64,000 bases of DNA from NCBI GenBank assembly GCA_036785375.1, contig JAWMAR010000650.1:372001-436000 (forward strand). Reading direction: 5' to 3'. The notes beneath the pieces were generated by a model. It saw only the letters and a list, made by a program, of their open reading frames with translations. It ran no database searches and was not told the DNA's origin. This DNA comes from Leucoraja ocellata (Eukaryota). Positions 11,775 to 25,324 of this stretch are shown piece after piece (positions within the stretch are counted from its first letter, which is position 1; every line of letters starts with the position of its first letter). The position numbers and the translations under genes are program-made.

Positions 11775-13749
11775 TACCTGTCCAAATTCATTGATTTCAT
11801 TGAATATTCACCCTGACTCTACCCATAATTAAACTGCATCCAGCTGCTAATGGATACAACAAATAATTTATTATTTTAACTACTATATTGAAAACTACTT
11901 TAAACAATTATGGCAGAAACGTCAGATTTCATGATCTTCCATAACTCAGGGAGCACAAGCAGTAAAGGGCCTGTCCCACTTACATGACATTTACAGGCGA
12001 CTGCCGGCACCCATGGTAGGTCATGAGAGGTCTAAAAAGAGTTGTGGTGTTTTTCTGGTCACCGCTGAATTTTTAACGTTGAAATTTTCGGCAACCTATC
12101 ACGGGGGCGGGGGGGCAACCCCTACAAACCAATCATAAATAAAGATCATACAACACATTAATTGACAGTTCCCTAACCCAATCACAAAACACACCATTAC
12201 ATTGTTTCTACATAACGTTTCTAATGGAAGACATTTCCCCTAACTAAAGAAACATTTATCCAGGTAACATAAACAATTCGAGCAAGGCTCCATGCCTTGA
12301 CCAATCACAAGATAACAGTGCAAAGACCCTGCGATATAGTTAACAGTGGTATTATAACATACCTTTCCCCAGCCAATCCCATTCATGCATTTGCAGCAAG
12401 GCTCAGCTCTTTCTGCAAAACCCTCATACATATTAACAAAAGAGAGGACATTGGTCTTCACCCTGTGTTTAGTTTCCTCCCAGGACCTAGGCATTCTAGA
12501 GCCATGAGCCTCATGGCTTTGCAGTGTTTGCAGAAAGATGACAAGCACGTTCTGCAAAGGCAGAAATCCTCCATTTTGTCACATACTAAATTGGCCAATA
12601 TTATCAAATGTTCAGCCATTAAGTTCATTCAAAAATACATATTGTAAATCTGATCATAAGTAAATCAATAGAGATGTGGAATTGTACAGGAAAATGGTAT
12701 TCACGTCGAAGTTCAGCCATGATTGTGATGAATGGCAAAGCAGTCTCAAAGGGAGTAATGGGACACATATCCTGCTTTCTGATATGCTTAAGTTTTTTAT
12801 TCAACAAACTCTGAAAGAGAGCACCTGTAGCAACTCAGCAGGTCAGGCAGCATCTATGGATGGAAATGGACAATCGACATTTCAGTTGAGACCTCTCATC
12901 TGGACTGAAAGAGTAGAGGGGAGATAACCAGAATAAAATGGTTAAGGGAGAGATAGGGCATGAGCTGGTGGATGAGCAAGTGATAGGTGGATTGCACAAG
13001 AGCAAGTGATAAGTGGATATAGGTGAGGGGGTGGGGGTTGGTTGGCAGATGGAGTCAGGTGGAGGAATGAAGGGTGGAGATGATGATATTGGGGTATTCA
13101 GTAGAGATAACATCATATACATTCCTTTCTAATCAGATGAACAGGACTATTGAGCAGTTTTGAAAGAAAGCAATTAGTTCAGGTAGTGGTTTAGTTAGTT
13201 CAGACATATCTGAACATAAATAGACAACTAATAATTCACCATGTTGCTCTACATGTGTGTCCCATGGACTTAAAGGGGTGCGATGGAGGTCTATACCAAG
13301 GTGATCAGTTTGAAGAAGAGTTATGGTTTTGATGGAAAATTTGGATAATAGAAATGAGCAAATGTATAAACTGGTGGAATAAATTGGCTGAATAATTATA
13401 GAAATTGAAAGCCCAGGCCTGACATTTAGGGTTTTGAAACCGCAATTGTTAATAAATTATGGAAAATATTTTCCAAGGCATGGACATGGAAGGAAGTCAT
13501 GCTGGACAGAGAAAGAGAGACAGTAATACAAGGAACTGATCACAGAAGTTGTATTGTTGTAAGGCTAAGTGTGAATGGAATGGTGAAGGAGGTACATATA
13601 TGGATAGCGGAATTTAGATCCAATGACTGTAGAGAGGGGAGTTTTTATTGTTGTAAGGCCTCGCTACAAGACTTTTTTCAACGAACAAGAAAAAATGAAA
13701 GTTATTTCTGTTAGATGGGAATGTAAAACTATCTCAGGCCAACGTAAAA

Positions 13750-14450
13750 TGTCAGAAATACGCAGCAAATACCTCGTCTGTGAATAAAGAAAATGTGTGT
13801 TATAACTTCAGATCAACAATCTGAAGCAGTGAATCTGTTCATTATTGCCCAGATATTGCCAGCATTTTACAAATATACTCCAGATTTCCAACATCTGCAA
13901 TAATTTGTTTTTACTTTAATGGTGGAATTTCTATATTTTTCCTAATAAATTATGACTTCTATTATACATACAAAAAAGCAACATACATTCGGTAAATTAT
14001 CTTACCTATACCTTCTGAAACCTTTTTGTCTCCTTTTTAATTTAATATTTCACCCCAGTGTTTTAAATGTCTGCACATCACTCCGGGTGGAAATTATGAA
14101 AGACTATTCCGTCTTCTGTTTGTTCTATTCAACTTAAAGCTTTGTTACCGAGTCAGTTTCCCTAGTTTCCAACAGGCAAGAACGTAATATTTTCCTTGAA
14201 GACAGAAACAGCTGGAGTAACTCAGCAGGTCAGGCGCCACCTCTGGAGAAAAGGAAGAGGTGCCATTTCGGGTCGAGACCCTTCTTCAAACTGAGTCAGG
14301 ATCTGAAGTATATTTGTAAATTGCTGGCAATATCTGGGGAATAAGAAACAGATTTGTTGCTTCAGATTATTGATCTGAAGTTATAACACACATTTTCTTT
14401 ATTTGCAGATGCAGGCCAATTTGCTGAGTATTTCTGCCATTTTCTGTTGG
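13750..14450. repeat. Local inverted duplication (~13750-13885 vs ~14301-14450) beside a Penelope-LTR fragment (14200-14300)
   Basis: The reverse complement of 14301-14400 matches 13786-13885 with only scattered mismatches. Confidence 0.85.
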
Positions 14451-15524
14451 TGTGATATATTTTCTTTTCTCTTTCCCGGACACAAATATTAATTGGAAAA
14501 GAACATTTGCTTTTACCGGTGGGGAATCAAGTGCACATTTTGCACACTATCTTACTTCTGCTTCAATTAATCATGACTAAAGCAAAATGGAAGAGAGATG
14601 TGGAATAGCTGACTAATCCATCACTAATGTTCATCTTTGTGTTGGTTTTTTCCAATCCCATGGGATGTGAGAAGTAACCTTCCTTTCCATCAGTGTAGCA
14701 AAAAAATTACTTTAATTACAGAAAATGTATAACCTTGTAACCTATATTACATCGACCATATTAAAAGAAATATTGCTTATTTGGAGAGAAACACAATTGC
14801 CCAGAAATTGCCAGCATTTCACAAATGTTCTCTAATTCCCAACATTAAAAGTGTGCATGATTTTAGATTCCATGGTAGAAGCCAACCTAAAATAGATATG
14901 CTGATTACCGATAGTCTTGCAACATTCAGATCTCCAAGGTGGCATTGATTTTTCCAAGCAGCGTTTTCTTCCTCCAAATATTTTGACATAGAGAGCAAAT
15001 AACGGGAAAATTCAAACCAGGGCAACAAGCTTGTCTGAAGCATAAAGAAGGAACTCCTTTTTTTGCACTGTTGAAGCAATTTGCAACATAAGTTTATATT
15101 TAATCTCATCACTGTGAAGGTTGGAGATGTATATCAATTGCATATTGCATGAGCTGTACCTTCTGGGTATAGATTTCCTATCTAATTTATTTGAGCATGA
15201 GAATATACAGACGGACATACGAATTAGAAGCAGGAATAGACAATTTTCAATAAGAACATAGAACATAGAATAGCAGTGGAACAAACCCTTTGGCTGACAA
15301 TATCTAAGGCCAACATGATGCAAAGTTAAACTTGACTGCACATAATTCATATCCCTCCATTCACTGTACCTAAACTGATTGTAACCTCAACTCCACATTT
15401 TCATGTATTCCCAATGACCTTTTACTTTCTTGCTTATCATGAATATATTTAAATTTACCTTTAAAATATTCAAACCCTCAGTTTCCAACACCCTTTGAAG
15501 GAGAGTATTGCAGAGATAACAGGA

Positions 15525-15885
15525 TGTTATGTTTTAATCGTTGCCTCTCTCTCTTTATATTTTGGGAGCTCCGGGCCATGAGGTGTGCTCGACCTGTCCC
15601 AACGTCGGCGTTCTGACCATCCCGACCAGGGGGCTTGGACATCGGGCCGTCCGTAGTGGCGACTACTGAGGGTCAGGGCCCTGACCACGGGTGAACAAGG
15701 GAGGAGGAGGAGGAGGACTGTCTGAACTGTATTGCCTTCCACCACAGTGAAGAATGCTGTGGTGAATGTCTGTGTTGAATTATGTTGCGTATTGTGTCCT
15801 TTTTTTATTGTAATGCTGCATGGTCAATTACATTTCACTGCACCTTTTGGTGCATGTGATAAATAAATTTGAACTTGAACTTCCA
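15525..15885 (+). mobile_element. GC-rich short retroposon with conserved hairpin core and Rex1-like 3' tail
   Basis: Core tgccttccaccacagtg...ctgtggtg shared with 7605-7650 and 43510-43556; ends aataaa plus (gaactt)n. Confidence 0.55.
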
Positions 15886-17164
15886 AATTTCAACAGATAG
15901 AAACTTAATCCATCTAATCGCTCCTCAAAATAATTCCTGCACTATTTTATTTTCCCATCCTCACCAATGCACTGTTGATGTAGTGTATACTCTCCACAAA
16001 ATGCACGGCCATTACTGACCAGGACTACTGTCCAGACCTGAAACCTGTACTACAAAGTACAAAGACAACAAGCAAAAGGCAGCAAATAACACAAACACCA
16101 CCTTTGAAGGGAGCAACAGGAAACACTGTCTTGAGAAGACAGCTAATATCATCCACGACACATGCCATACCTTCGTCTTGCTGCCACCATCAGGAAGAAG
16201 GTACAAGACCCCGTTATCTCTGGGTTCAAGAACATCTTCTCCCATCAATCATCAGGCTCTTGAACTCCACTCCACAACCCTAGATCCTTCTTCACTGTGG
16301 CTATCAACGTTTACAACTCCTCCCCCTTCTGTCGTGGGGTGGACTGAGACTGAGACTGACTCCTCTCCCCATCTCAATCTTTGCGCATTCCCCAAGCCTT
16401 TCCACTCGTCAATTTAATTTCATCTTTTATGTATTTTGTGTTTTTTATGACTGTTGGCATAAATCTCCCTTCTGGGATAAATAAAGTTCTATCGTATCGA
16501 ATCGTATTGTATTGTATAAACCAGCAGGATGTAAGAATTCAAGGTTCTGTTCCTGGTGCATATGGGCTGTGGGCCGAGGAGCTTTATTCCAGTGTTTTGT
16601 GACCCAAGTCACCAAACTACATGAAATTGTCACATATTGTGTAAAAAAATTATATAAATTACCCCTGAAACTCGTCATGAACAAGACTTGCACATTTTTA
16701 TTAAATTAGAGAAAAACCTGAAATATTTTGGGTATTTTTAGTCCAATCAAAGCACATTTAACATTGAGTTGTCTGCCAGTTGGCCAATCACGTGCTTTGT
16801 TTCAGGCTAGGACACCACATGGCTGAGAGGGCTTCACTGATGCCTGTTTTACTGGAGATTCCGATGAAGGTTCTCTGTTGTTCTGTGGAATACATGTCGT
16901 GGAAACTTGCAGCAGGGTAATTGAATTTAGTGAGAGAAGCATTACATGGCGGTACTGGTTGAAGAATGTGCTGCTAAGTGGATAGAAGAGGAAGAAAGTC
17001 TTGAAAGCAAAGTCCCTGCTGCAACACAAAGTTGTGAAACTTTGTGAATCAACTCAAACTGAAAGGTAAGATCCAAAGTCTGAATTAATGAAAATTAATC
17101 TGTATGGACTAATTAATTTAATTGCACCCTTTATAATGTGAAAAAATGAGATTTGGAGGCTGTA

Positions 17165-17332
17165 CATTCACTCATTCATTCACACATTCATTCGTCCACT
17201 CATTCATTAATTCACTCATGCACTCACTCATTCATTCACTCATTTCTCACTCATTCATTCATTCACTCACTCACTTACTCATCATTCATTCATTCATTAA
17301 TTCAATCAATCACTCATTCATTCATTCATTCA
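17165..17332. repeat. Degenerate (CATT)n microsatellite
   Basis: Direct inspection. Confidence 0.92.
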
Positions 17333-17899
17333 TGAAGTTGAAGGCCTAAACTATGTGTATCCATAACACAGTCAATTAAACATTTTCACTAATGCCAGCT
17401 TGTTGTAGTCTAATAAGTCTTTAACATCTAATCTCGGAGCTGCCTGCGATAACTTACCAGGAAAAAGTGCTCCGATCGCGGGGCCTAGGTACTTAATATA
17501 GTGAAGCCGCGGTCTCAATTAAGAAGCGGCTGATTCGCGAATGCGGAGCCGTGGATCATCTCCGCGGGCGGGGCGGGGGGGCTGTGCATAGTGCTGTCCA
17601 TAGCGGCTGTTTTTCGGAGACCTGCTACAACAATGACAGTCGCCGGCAGTCGCCAAAAATATTGCCCAAGTTGGACAGGCCCATTATTGATCCATGTATT
17701 GAGCCACATAATGCAGGAAAAGGCCCTTCAGCCCACCCTGTCAATAGTGAGCATCATATACTCATTTACGCTACATCAAACTAACCAGAAAAAAAAAACA
17801 GTGATTCAGTGAGTTATTGATCCTTTTATTGAGACATACATTGTAGAAAAATGCCCTACACCCCACTTGATGTCAATCGGGAGCATCAAGTACTCGTTT

Positions 17900-18710
17900 A
17901 TGATAATCCCATTCACTAGCTCCTAGTTCATGGCCTTCTATACCTTGGTGGTTGTCTAGGTACCTTTTAATTGGTGTGAGAGTCTCTGCTTTCACAACGC
18001 TCACAGGCAATGCATTGCAAATTATATCCACACTCAAGGTGAATTATTCTTCCTGATCTCCCCTCCAAATGTTTTACCCCCTAACCTTACACTGGTGCCC
18101 TCTGTTTATAAACAGCTGGGCTGTGAAGAAATGTTTACCATTGTCAACCCTAACTACGCAGCTCATAATTTTGTACATTTCTATCAGGTCCCCTCCTGAA
18201 TCTACTCTATTTCACAAAGGATGGTGGGTGTATGGAACAAGCTGCCAGGGCAGGTAGTTGAGGCTGGGACTATCCCAACGCTTAAGTAACAGTTAGACAA
18301 GTACATGGTTAGCACAGGTTTGGAGGGATATGGACTAAACGCAGGCAGGTGGGACTAGTGTAACTGGGACATGTCGGCCAGTGTGGACAAGTTGGGCCGA
18401 AGGGCCTGCTTCCACAATTTATCACTCTAAGACTCTATTTCAAGATAACCACACCCATCCTATCTAGTCTCTCCTTTTCACTGGGCACTTTATCTCTGGA
18501 GTAACATCCCAATGAATCTCCTCTGCACTGTCTTCAGAATAATTACGTCTTTGCTAAACTGTGGCTAACAAAACTGCACATAATATACCAGCTGTGGTAT
18601 CGTCAACGTTTTATAAAGCTGTGCCATAACTTCCCTGTTCTCATATCCAATGCCCCAGCTAATGAGTGCTGGGGTCCTGCATGTCTTCTTCACCATCCTG
18701 TCTAAGTATA
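17900..18710 (-). mobile_element. Old CR1 fragment with a younger plus-strand CR1 3' end (~18212-18435) nested in it
   Basis: CR1-like sequence on both strands; actctattt flanks the inner copy on both sides. Confidence 0.65.
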
Positions 18711-20402
18711 TCTGCTCTCTGCTAGCCTTTCTTCTATCCAGGCTATTATGTTGCCTCCTGCACTCTGAGCTTTTTTTTCCATAATAGGATTTGATTGCAT
18801 CACTTTATTAATGCATTGTATTCAGCCCTACAGACAGAAATCAGTACATCCACCAAGTTCTCTTTTATCCACAATTCATCGTTGAGATGCTCATTTAATT
18901 TGGCAATGAATTATTGATTTTATTGACCGGGATCTTGTATAATGTTGTCAATGGTTCTCAGTGCCAGTGTAGGTAAGTGAAGAATATTCACATGAATATG
19001 CAAGTCTTGAACTAGCTGACTGAACTACGCATGTGAGATGAGGCTTTGTTTTCCTGCAACAGAATAGGAGCTGTTGGGAATTCTCAGGACATACCCAGGA
19101 ATCTGCCATTGGATCTTGTGTCAGGCGAGTCCGTTTATTTGGATAGATGTTTTATGGCTGCAAAGAAGAATGGTAAAAATAAGGTGACTTTTTTTTTTTA
19201 AATTATTTGCGTTTTCTGTAATACTTTTAATTATTCAAGTGTTTTATGTGTTTTGGAACAAACCTTTAGCCTTCTTAAATTTTTAATGATTGTAATTGTT
19301 GTGTCTGAAGTCAAGAAATGTCAGTCGCATTGGAAAAACTGTCACAGCTTTGACCAGCGACAATTCTCCTTGCAGCATTACTTTGCACAAACACTGCACC
19401 GTTCTTGCGAACAAGTGTGTAATATCGATCCATTGATTCATTCAGGTGTCTATTGCTCCAATCAGTAAAATCTGGATCATTTATTATTTTAAACTGGAAA
19501 TCCTTCAGGATCTACAAGTCAGAGGAATGGATTGCCATATATCCTGACCAGGAGTGGGCTAGCATTACAAATCAATGGGAAGGTATATTAGGATGTCCCG
19601 ATTCATTGATTGCCCCAAGCATGTTGGTAGTTGATGAGAAAGTGGAAATAACAAAGAACCAGTGTGAACAGTTGATCGATGATCAACATGGCCAAAGGGC
19701 TTGTTTCCCTGCTCTGTCTCTAAGCAACATCACAAATCAGAAAATTAGATGGGGGTTAATTCTTCCAGAGAACTAGCATGGAATGGTGCCAATGTCGGAT
19801 CACTGGTCAAAACTCCACTACAGAGCCCAGATGTAGTTCCCTGAAAGTGGCATCATAGTTAGACAGAGTGGAAAGAAGGCTTTTAGCATGCTGGCCTTTA
19901 TCGGTCAGCACATTGAGCATAGAAATCGGGATATCATGTTGCAGTTGTACAAGAAGTAGGTGAGGCTGAATTTGGAGTATAGTGTTCAGTTTAGATTATA
20001 GTATTTAGATTACAGCCAGTTGTTTCCCATGAGTTGAGTGATACTGCCAGAGAGCAGGAAGTCCTTTCGCATGAGCAGCAAGATGGAATGTGCAATCTGA
20101 TCACTCTCCTTCAAGAGCAAGAGATATGGCGCTTGAGAACTAGTCCATCTCCTGCAGGAGCAGAGACATTCCCCCAACACTCACATATCTCTTCACTGTG
20201 AGCAGAGACCTGCTTAATGACCCCAAGAAGGCATGTCTGAAGAAAAGATTGAAGGCAGCAGAGATGAGACTCCTGTGATTCAGTGTTCATCGATCAGTTC
20301 AGCTATGATTCTGAAGATTTCAACAATGGTAATGCAGTTTGAGTGCCAGCACACGTTCACACCATCTTTTACACAGCCTGTGAGAGGTCACTTGGTATGG
20401 CA

Positions 20403-21000
20403 ATAGACAATAGACAATATATACAGGAGTAGGCCATTTGGTCCTTTGAGCCAGCACCACCATTCAATGTGATCAGGGCTGATCATCCACAATCAGTACC
20501 CCATTCCTGCCTTCTCCCCATATCCCCTGACTGCTATCTTTAAGAGCCCTATCTAGCTCTCTCTTGAAAGTATCCAGAGAACCGGCCTCCACCGACCTCT
20601 GAGGCAGAGAATTCGACAGACTCACAACTCTCTGTGTGAAAAAGTGTTCCCCCATCTCTGTTCTAAATAGCTTACCCCTTATTCTTAAACTGTGGCCCCT
20701 GGTTCTGGACTCTCCCAACATCGGGATCATGTTTCCTGCCTCTAGCATGTCCAAACCCTTAATAATCTTATATGTTTCAATAAGATATCCTCTCATCCTT
20801 CTAAATTCCAGAGTATACAAGCCCAGCTGCTCCATTCTCTCAGCCTACGACAGTCCCTCCATCCCAGGAATTAACCTTGTGAACCTACGCTGCACTCCCT
20901 CAATAGCAAGAATGTCCTTCCTCAAATTTAGAGACCAAAACTGCACACAATACTCCAGGGCCCTGTACAACTGGAGAAGGACCTCTTTGCTCCTATACTT
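20403..21000 (-). mobile_element. CR1 LINE 3' region
   Basis: ORF-track peptides LEYCVQFWS...VQRRFTRLIPG and LGLYTLEFRRMRG...SRTRGHSL; tail seen as (caataga)n on plus. Confidence 0.9.
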
Positions 21001-21344
21001 AAAGCCTATGTTCAGGATATTGATGACCCACCTCATGCAGCCAGCAATTCACTTCTCACCAACCTCTCAGATAGCAACATAGTCACCCATTCCCCACAGC
21101 TGGTGGTGCCAGGCTTCTACTTTAATTGATCAAGCAACCAGACTGAGGCTAAAACTGCTCCGACAGGAGCTACTCGTAGTCAAAGAGTTTGATGTGAAAG
21201 GGAGCAGCATTATAGATGGACAATAGCAATAAAGGAGACACTGCCAAGCAGCACCATGACATCAAAACCTACCCACATGGTTGTCAACAGGAAGGCAGAA
21301 GAGATTGCACCTTTGACCTCCAGAGAGAGGTCATGCCATGGACT

Positions 21345-21860
21345 CATAGACATAGAAACATAGAAAATAGGTGCAGGAGGAGGCCATTTGGCCCTTCGTG
21401 CCAGCACTGCCATTCATTGTGATCATGGCTGATTGTCCCCTATCAATAACCCATGCCTGCCTTCTCCCCATATCCCTTGACTCCACTAGCCCCTAGAGCT
21501 CTAGCTAATGCTCCTGTCCCAGTTAGGAAACCTGAACGGAAACCTCTGGAGACTTTGCGCCCCACCCAAGGTTTCCTTGAGGTTCCCAAAGGTTTCCAGA
21601 GGTTTTTGTCTGTCTCCCTACCTGCTTCCACTACCTGCAACCTCCGGCAACCACCTGCAACCTCCGGGAACCGCACGGAAACCTTGGGTGGGGCGCAAAG
21701 TCTCCAAAGGTTTCCGTTCAGTTTTCCTAAGTGGGACAGGGGCATTAACTCTCTCTTAAAACCATCCAGTGACTTGGCCTCCACTGCCCTCTGTGGCAGG
21801 GAATTCCATAAATTCACAACTCTCTGGGAGAAAAAGTTTTTTCCCACCTCAGTCTTAAGT
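21345..21860 (-). mobile_element. CR1 3' end containing a MITE at 21509-21744
   Basis: FFSQRVVNLWNSLPQRAVEA; inserted fold-back MITE tgctcctgtcccag...agtgggacaggggca, homologous to 37088-37315. Confidence 0.85.
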
Positions 21861-22224
21861 GACATATGGGATTGTACAGCATGGAAACTTGGCCCTTTGG
21901 CCCACCCAGTCCATGTTCACCTTCTATATTAATCCCAATTGCACACGTTAGGATCATGTCCTTCCATGCCTTGCCGATCCAAATGTCAGTGTAGCAGCTG
22001 CTGGCATTGCTTGTCTCGAAAAGGTGCTAATGTGATACACGTTATCTGAAAGCGAGGTAAACCTTGGTTATGACGAGTGAGTGGTGGTTTCTCATTGAAA
22101 CTGCAACAGGGTACATGATGGTGAAATAATTTGTCAAATGCCAGATCTGTCATCTGATTCTGACCGTGATGGGCCTCCAAGGAAAGTTGATCACTATCTT
22201 ATGATTACGCTCCTCTGCCTGGAA

Positions 22225-22600
22225 CATAGAACAGTACAGCACAATAATTAGCCACAAAGCAATTGGCCTGTGCAGAACATAACGCTGACATATCACTCAC
22301 CAATACTCCTCCATTGCCTGCATAGCCATCTAAAAACTCAAATGCCACTATCATATCTGTCTTCACCACCCCCACCCCCTCTCCCCCCATCCCCCAGTAC
22401 CATGTTCCAGGCACCATCACTCTCTGTGTAAAACAAAACTTGCCCCACATATCTCTGTTAAACTTTTCCCCTTTCACCTTAAACCTATGCCCTCTCGTCT
22501 TTGACATTCCACCCTGGAAAAAGTTTCTGACTGTCGACCTTATCCATGCCACTGCTCTTAGAACTTCTGAGAGAGAAGTCCAAGAATAGGCTGTGGAATG
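22225..22600 (-). mobile_element. CR1 3' fragment
   Basis: SKTRGHRFKVKGEKF...FTQRV in the ORF track. Confidence 0.75.
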
Positions 22601-25044
22601 TGGATGAGTTGCACTGTGAGATGAAAAATGTGCACACTCTATTTTTGTGAAGGTCTGTAGAACCGTATCCCATTTGCACACAGCATGATTTCTGCTGGTC
22701 CAGTTCTTCATTGCCCTGCCCAGTTCCTTTTAATTCTCTGGAGCCTCTCCTACCGCCTACTGTGATTTATGCCATGCATTTATTCAATAGCAACCCTACT
22801 CTACTGCTGTAAAGGCTTTGCTTTTATTCTGACCAACTTCTTTATAACATGGCTGCAACGATTACAGCTGCTGGGCTTCACACTGTCAGTTGCAAGAACT
22901 TGCAGTGCATTGAAACTGACACTACACAGTGAAATGTAATAAAGCTTTTCTATCAACCTCACAATTTAACTTTCTGGTCTTTATACAACTTTCACCATTA
23001 GCATTAAGGTAACCCATACTTTTGATTTAACACTGATAAACAATATGGAGCAATTTCCAAATATATTTCGAAATGTAAGAGTGAAATATTTGCATGGACA
23101 TTATTGTATATGTGTTATAATTTGATTTGCTAGTGCATCATTTTGAACACATACTGAAAAAAAAGAAAACATTAGTCTTTTTAATGTGAAAGTGTTTCCC
23201 AGTGATACCTCATTGGGCTAATTTTATAACTGCCAGAAAGACCTTGTTAACTCCCCACACAGGAATGCCAAGTTCATCCAAACCCCACTTGAAACAGAAA
23301 GAGTTTGACAGATTCCCAATTAAGTTTGCCAGCCTCTGCTCATCAGTGTACAACAGCAGCATACAGGATGGATTCTGAGCATTTTAAATAACCTTTGACA
23401 AGGCTTTTAAAAAAAAAAACAAATCTCCTGCGGGAACTACGTATGTCTGTGCAAAAATGAATTATACAAATCAAGAGCTAAATCAATCCAATTAGCATGA
23501 CTAAGCCATGCGATACGGTACCTTGTAGTTTTCCTTAAGGCTGAAATTAAACTGTAGAAGTTACTCGTGGTCCCAGAAATGTAAAAGCACAACAAAACAG
23601 AATAGCATCTTTGCCTCCCACGAACTAGTATTGTATATTTCAAAGCACTGAAAGCTGTCTATCAGATTAATATTCAGATGACAATGTTTCAGTATGAGCT
23701 CATAAGCTTATTCCAAATCTATATATTTTGCCACTTGACTGGTTCAGATTCCAGAGTTCAGATTTCAGAGTAGCTCGCTATACTCACCTGCTTATCTTTT
23801 TTGCATAGGATTTTCAGCCCTTGGCTAATTTCTGAAATAGATTACTTTGCAAAATTGAGTTGCTCTTTCAACAGGAGATGAAAAACTGACATGAAAGCAT
23901 AAGTGATTTCTGCACCCCTCATGGGTCATTTCTGAATCATTCTGCCATGGAGGAAGAGTCAAGCAACTCATATTGAATGCATCTAAAACAACAGCACATT
24001 TAACAACATGAGCAGGAGTCAATTACAATCTTATCCGTTTTCCATCAATCAAGATGAAATGCACATCATTTAATACTATTAGAATAAAACATACTTGTTA
24101 ACTGTTGACACCATCCTCCATTGGATTCAACCATTTGGCGCTAATAATAACTATTCTTTTGGAATGCAATAGTGTAACATGAATCAAAATGGGCCTGGGA
24201 TAGTGGTTACCCAAAATAATATCGGCGTTCACTGTCATTACATTGTGCAACTTTCAGCATTCTGTAGGAACTGTATGCAGCCATTAAATGCAGAAGTCCA
24301 GCTGTGTCTATCAGTGATATTCTTTCACCAGTAACAATGAGGCAATCAAGTTAGAATCAGTGATCTGCTATGAACTTCAATGTTTTCTGCACTATTCATA
24401 CTCCAAAACTATTCACAATCTTAACCCTTAGTTCGATCAAGTATTACTGAGTTTGCTCAATCTCAAAATTGCTGCTGATACACAGACACCCAATAAAACT
24501 CATTTTTGGAGTCTCAGAAAACCATTAAACATTGAACATTTTTACAGTTTTTGCCTTATGCGTGCTCATATCTTCATTTCACTTTCTACATGATGCTTCA
24601 AGATGCGTCATGGCACACATTAGCCTCCCAGATGGCCTACATTCACTGTGCTTTGTCTACTGCCACAGCAGATCGACAGCAAATACCATTTCCCCGGTTT
24701 CATGTTTCATCTCTGGGAAATCTAGACAACAATCACACTTACACTGGACTTTCATTTATTGACTATAGCTCCATCTTGAACATCATAATCCCATCCAAAC
24801 TCATCTGCAAACTCCTGGTCCTCAGAATCACCATCTCCTCTGTCACTGGATCCTTGACCTTCTGACAGGTAGATCTCAATTGGTGAGGATAGTCAATAAA
24901 GCACCCTCCACAATAACTCAACTCGAGTGCCCCACAAGGATGTATTCTCAGCCCCTTGACATACTCCCTATGCACTCACGTGGACTCCCTATGTACTCCC
25001 TATGATTGTGCAGCCAAATCTTCCTCCAACTCTATCTACAAGTT

Positions 25045-25203
25045 AGACATAAAATGCTGGAGTAACTCAGCAGGACAGGCTGCATCTCTGGATAGGATGG
25101 GTGATGTTTCAGGTTTAGACCCTTGGGGCTGTCCCGCTAAGTTACTCCAGAATGTTATGTCTATCTTTGGTTTAAAGCAGCATCTGCAGTTCCTACGTAC
25201 ACA
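25045..25203. mobile_element. Penelope-LTR-derived fold-back mini-element
   Basis: Inverted arms; exact 14-bp TSD tctatctacaagtt at 25031-25044 and 25204-25217. Confidence 0.8.
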
Positions 25204-25324
25204 TCTATCTACAAGTTTGGAGATAATACCACTGTGGTGGGCTAGATCTTGAAAAATAACGAGACAAGACAGAGTACAGAAAGGAGATAGAAACATGGTG
25301 TCAAGACAACAACCTCTCCTTCAA

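Noticed and set aside
14819-15112. 97-aa minus-strand ORF in unique DNA
   Set aside because: No recognisable domain or convincing splice context; length compatible with chance.
17146-17349. His/Ser-rich ORFs
   Set aside because: Translation of the (CATT)n microsatellite.
20045-20275. Recurrent gagcagaga motifs at roughly 40-bp spacing
   Set aside because: Too degenerate to define a unit by eye; probably a decayed minisatellite.
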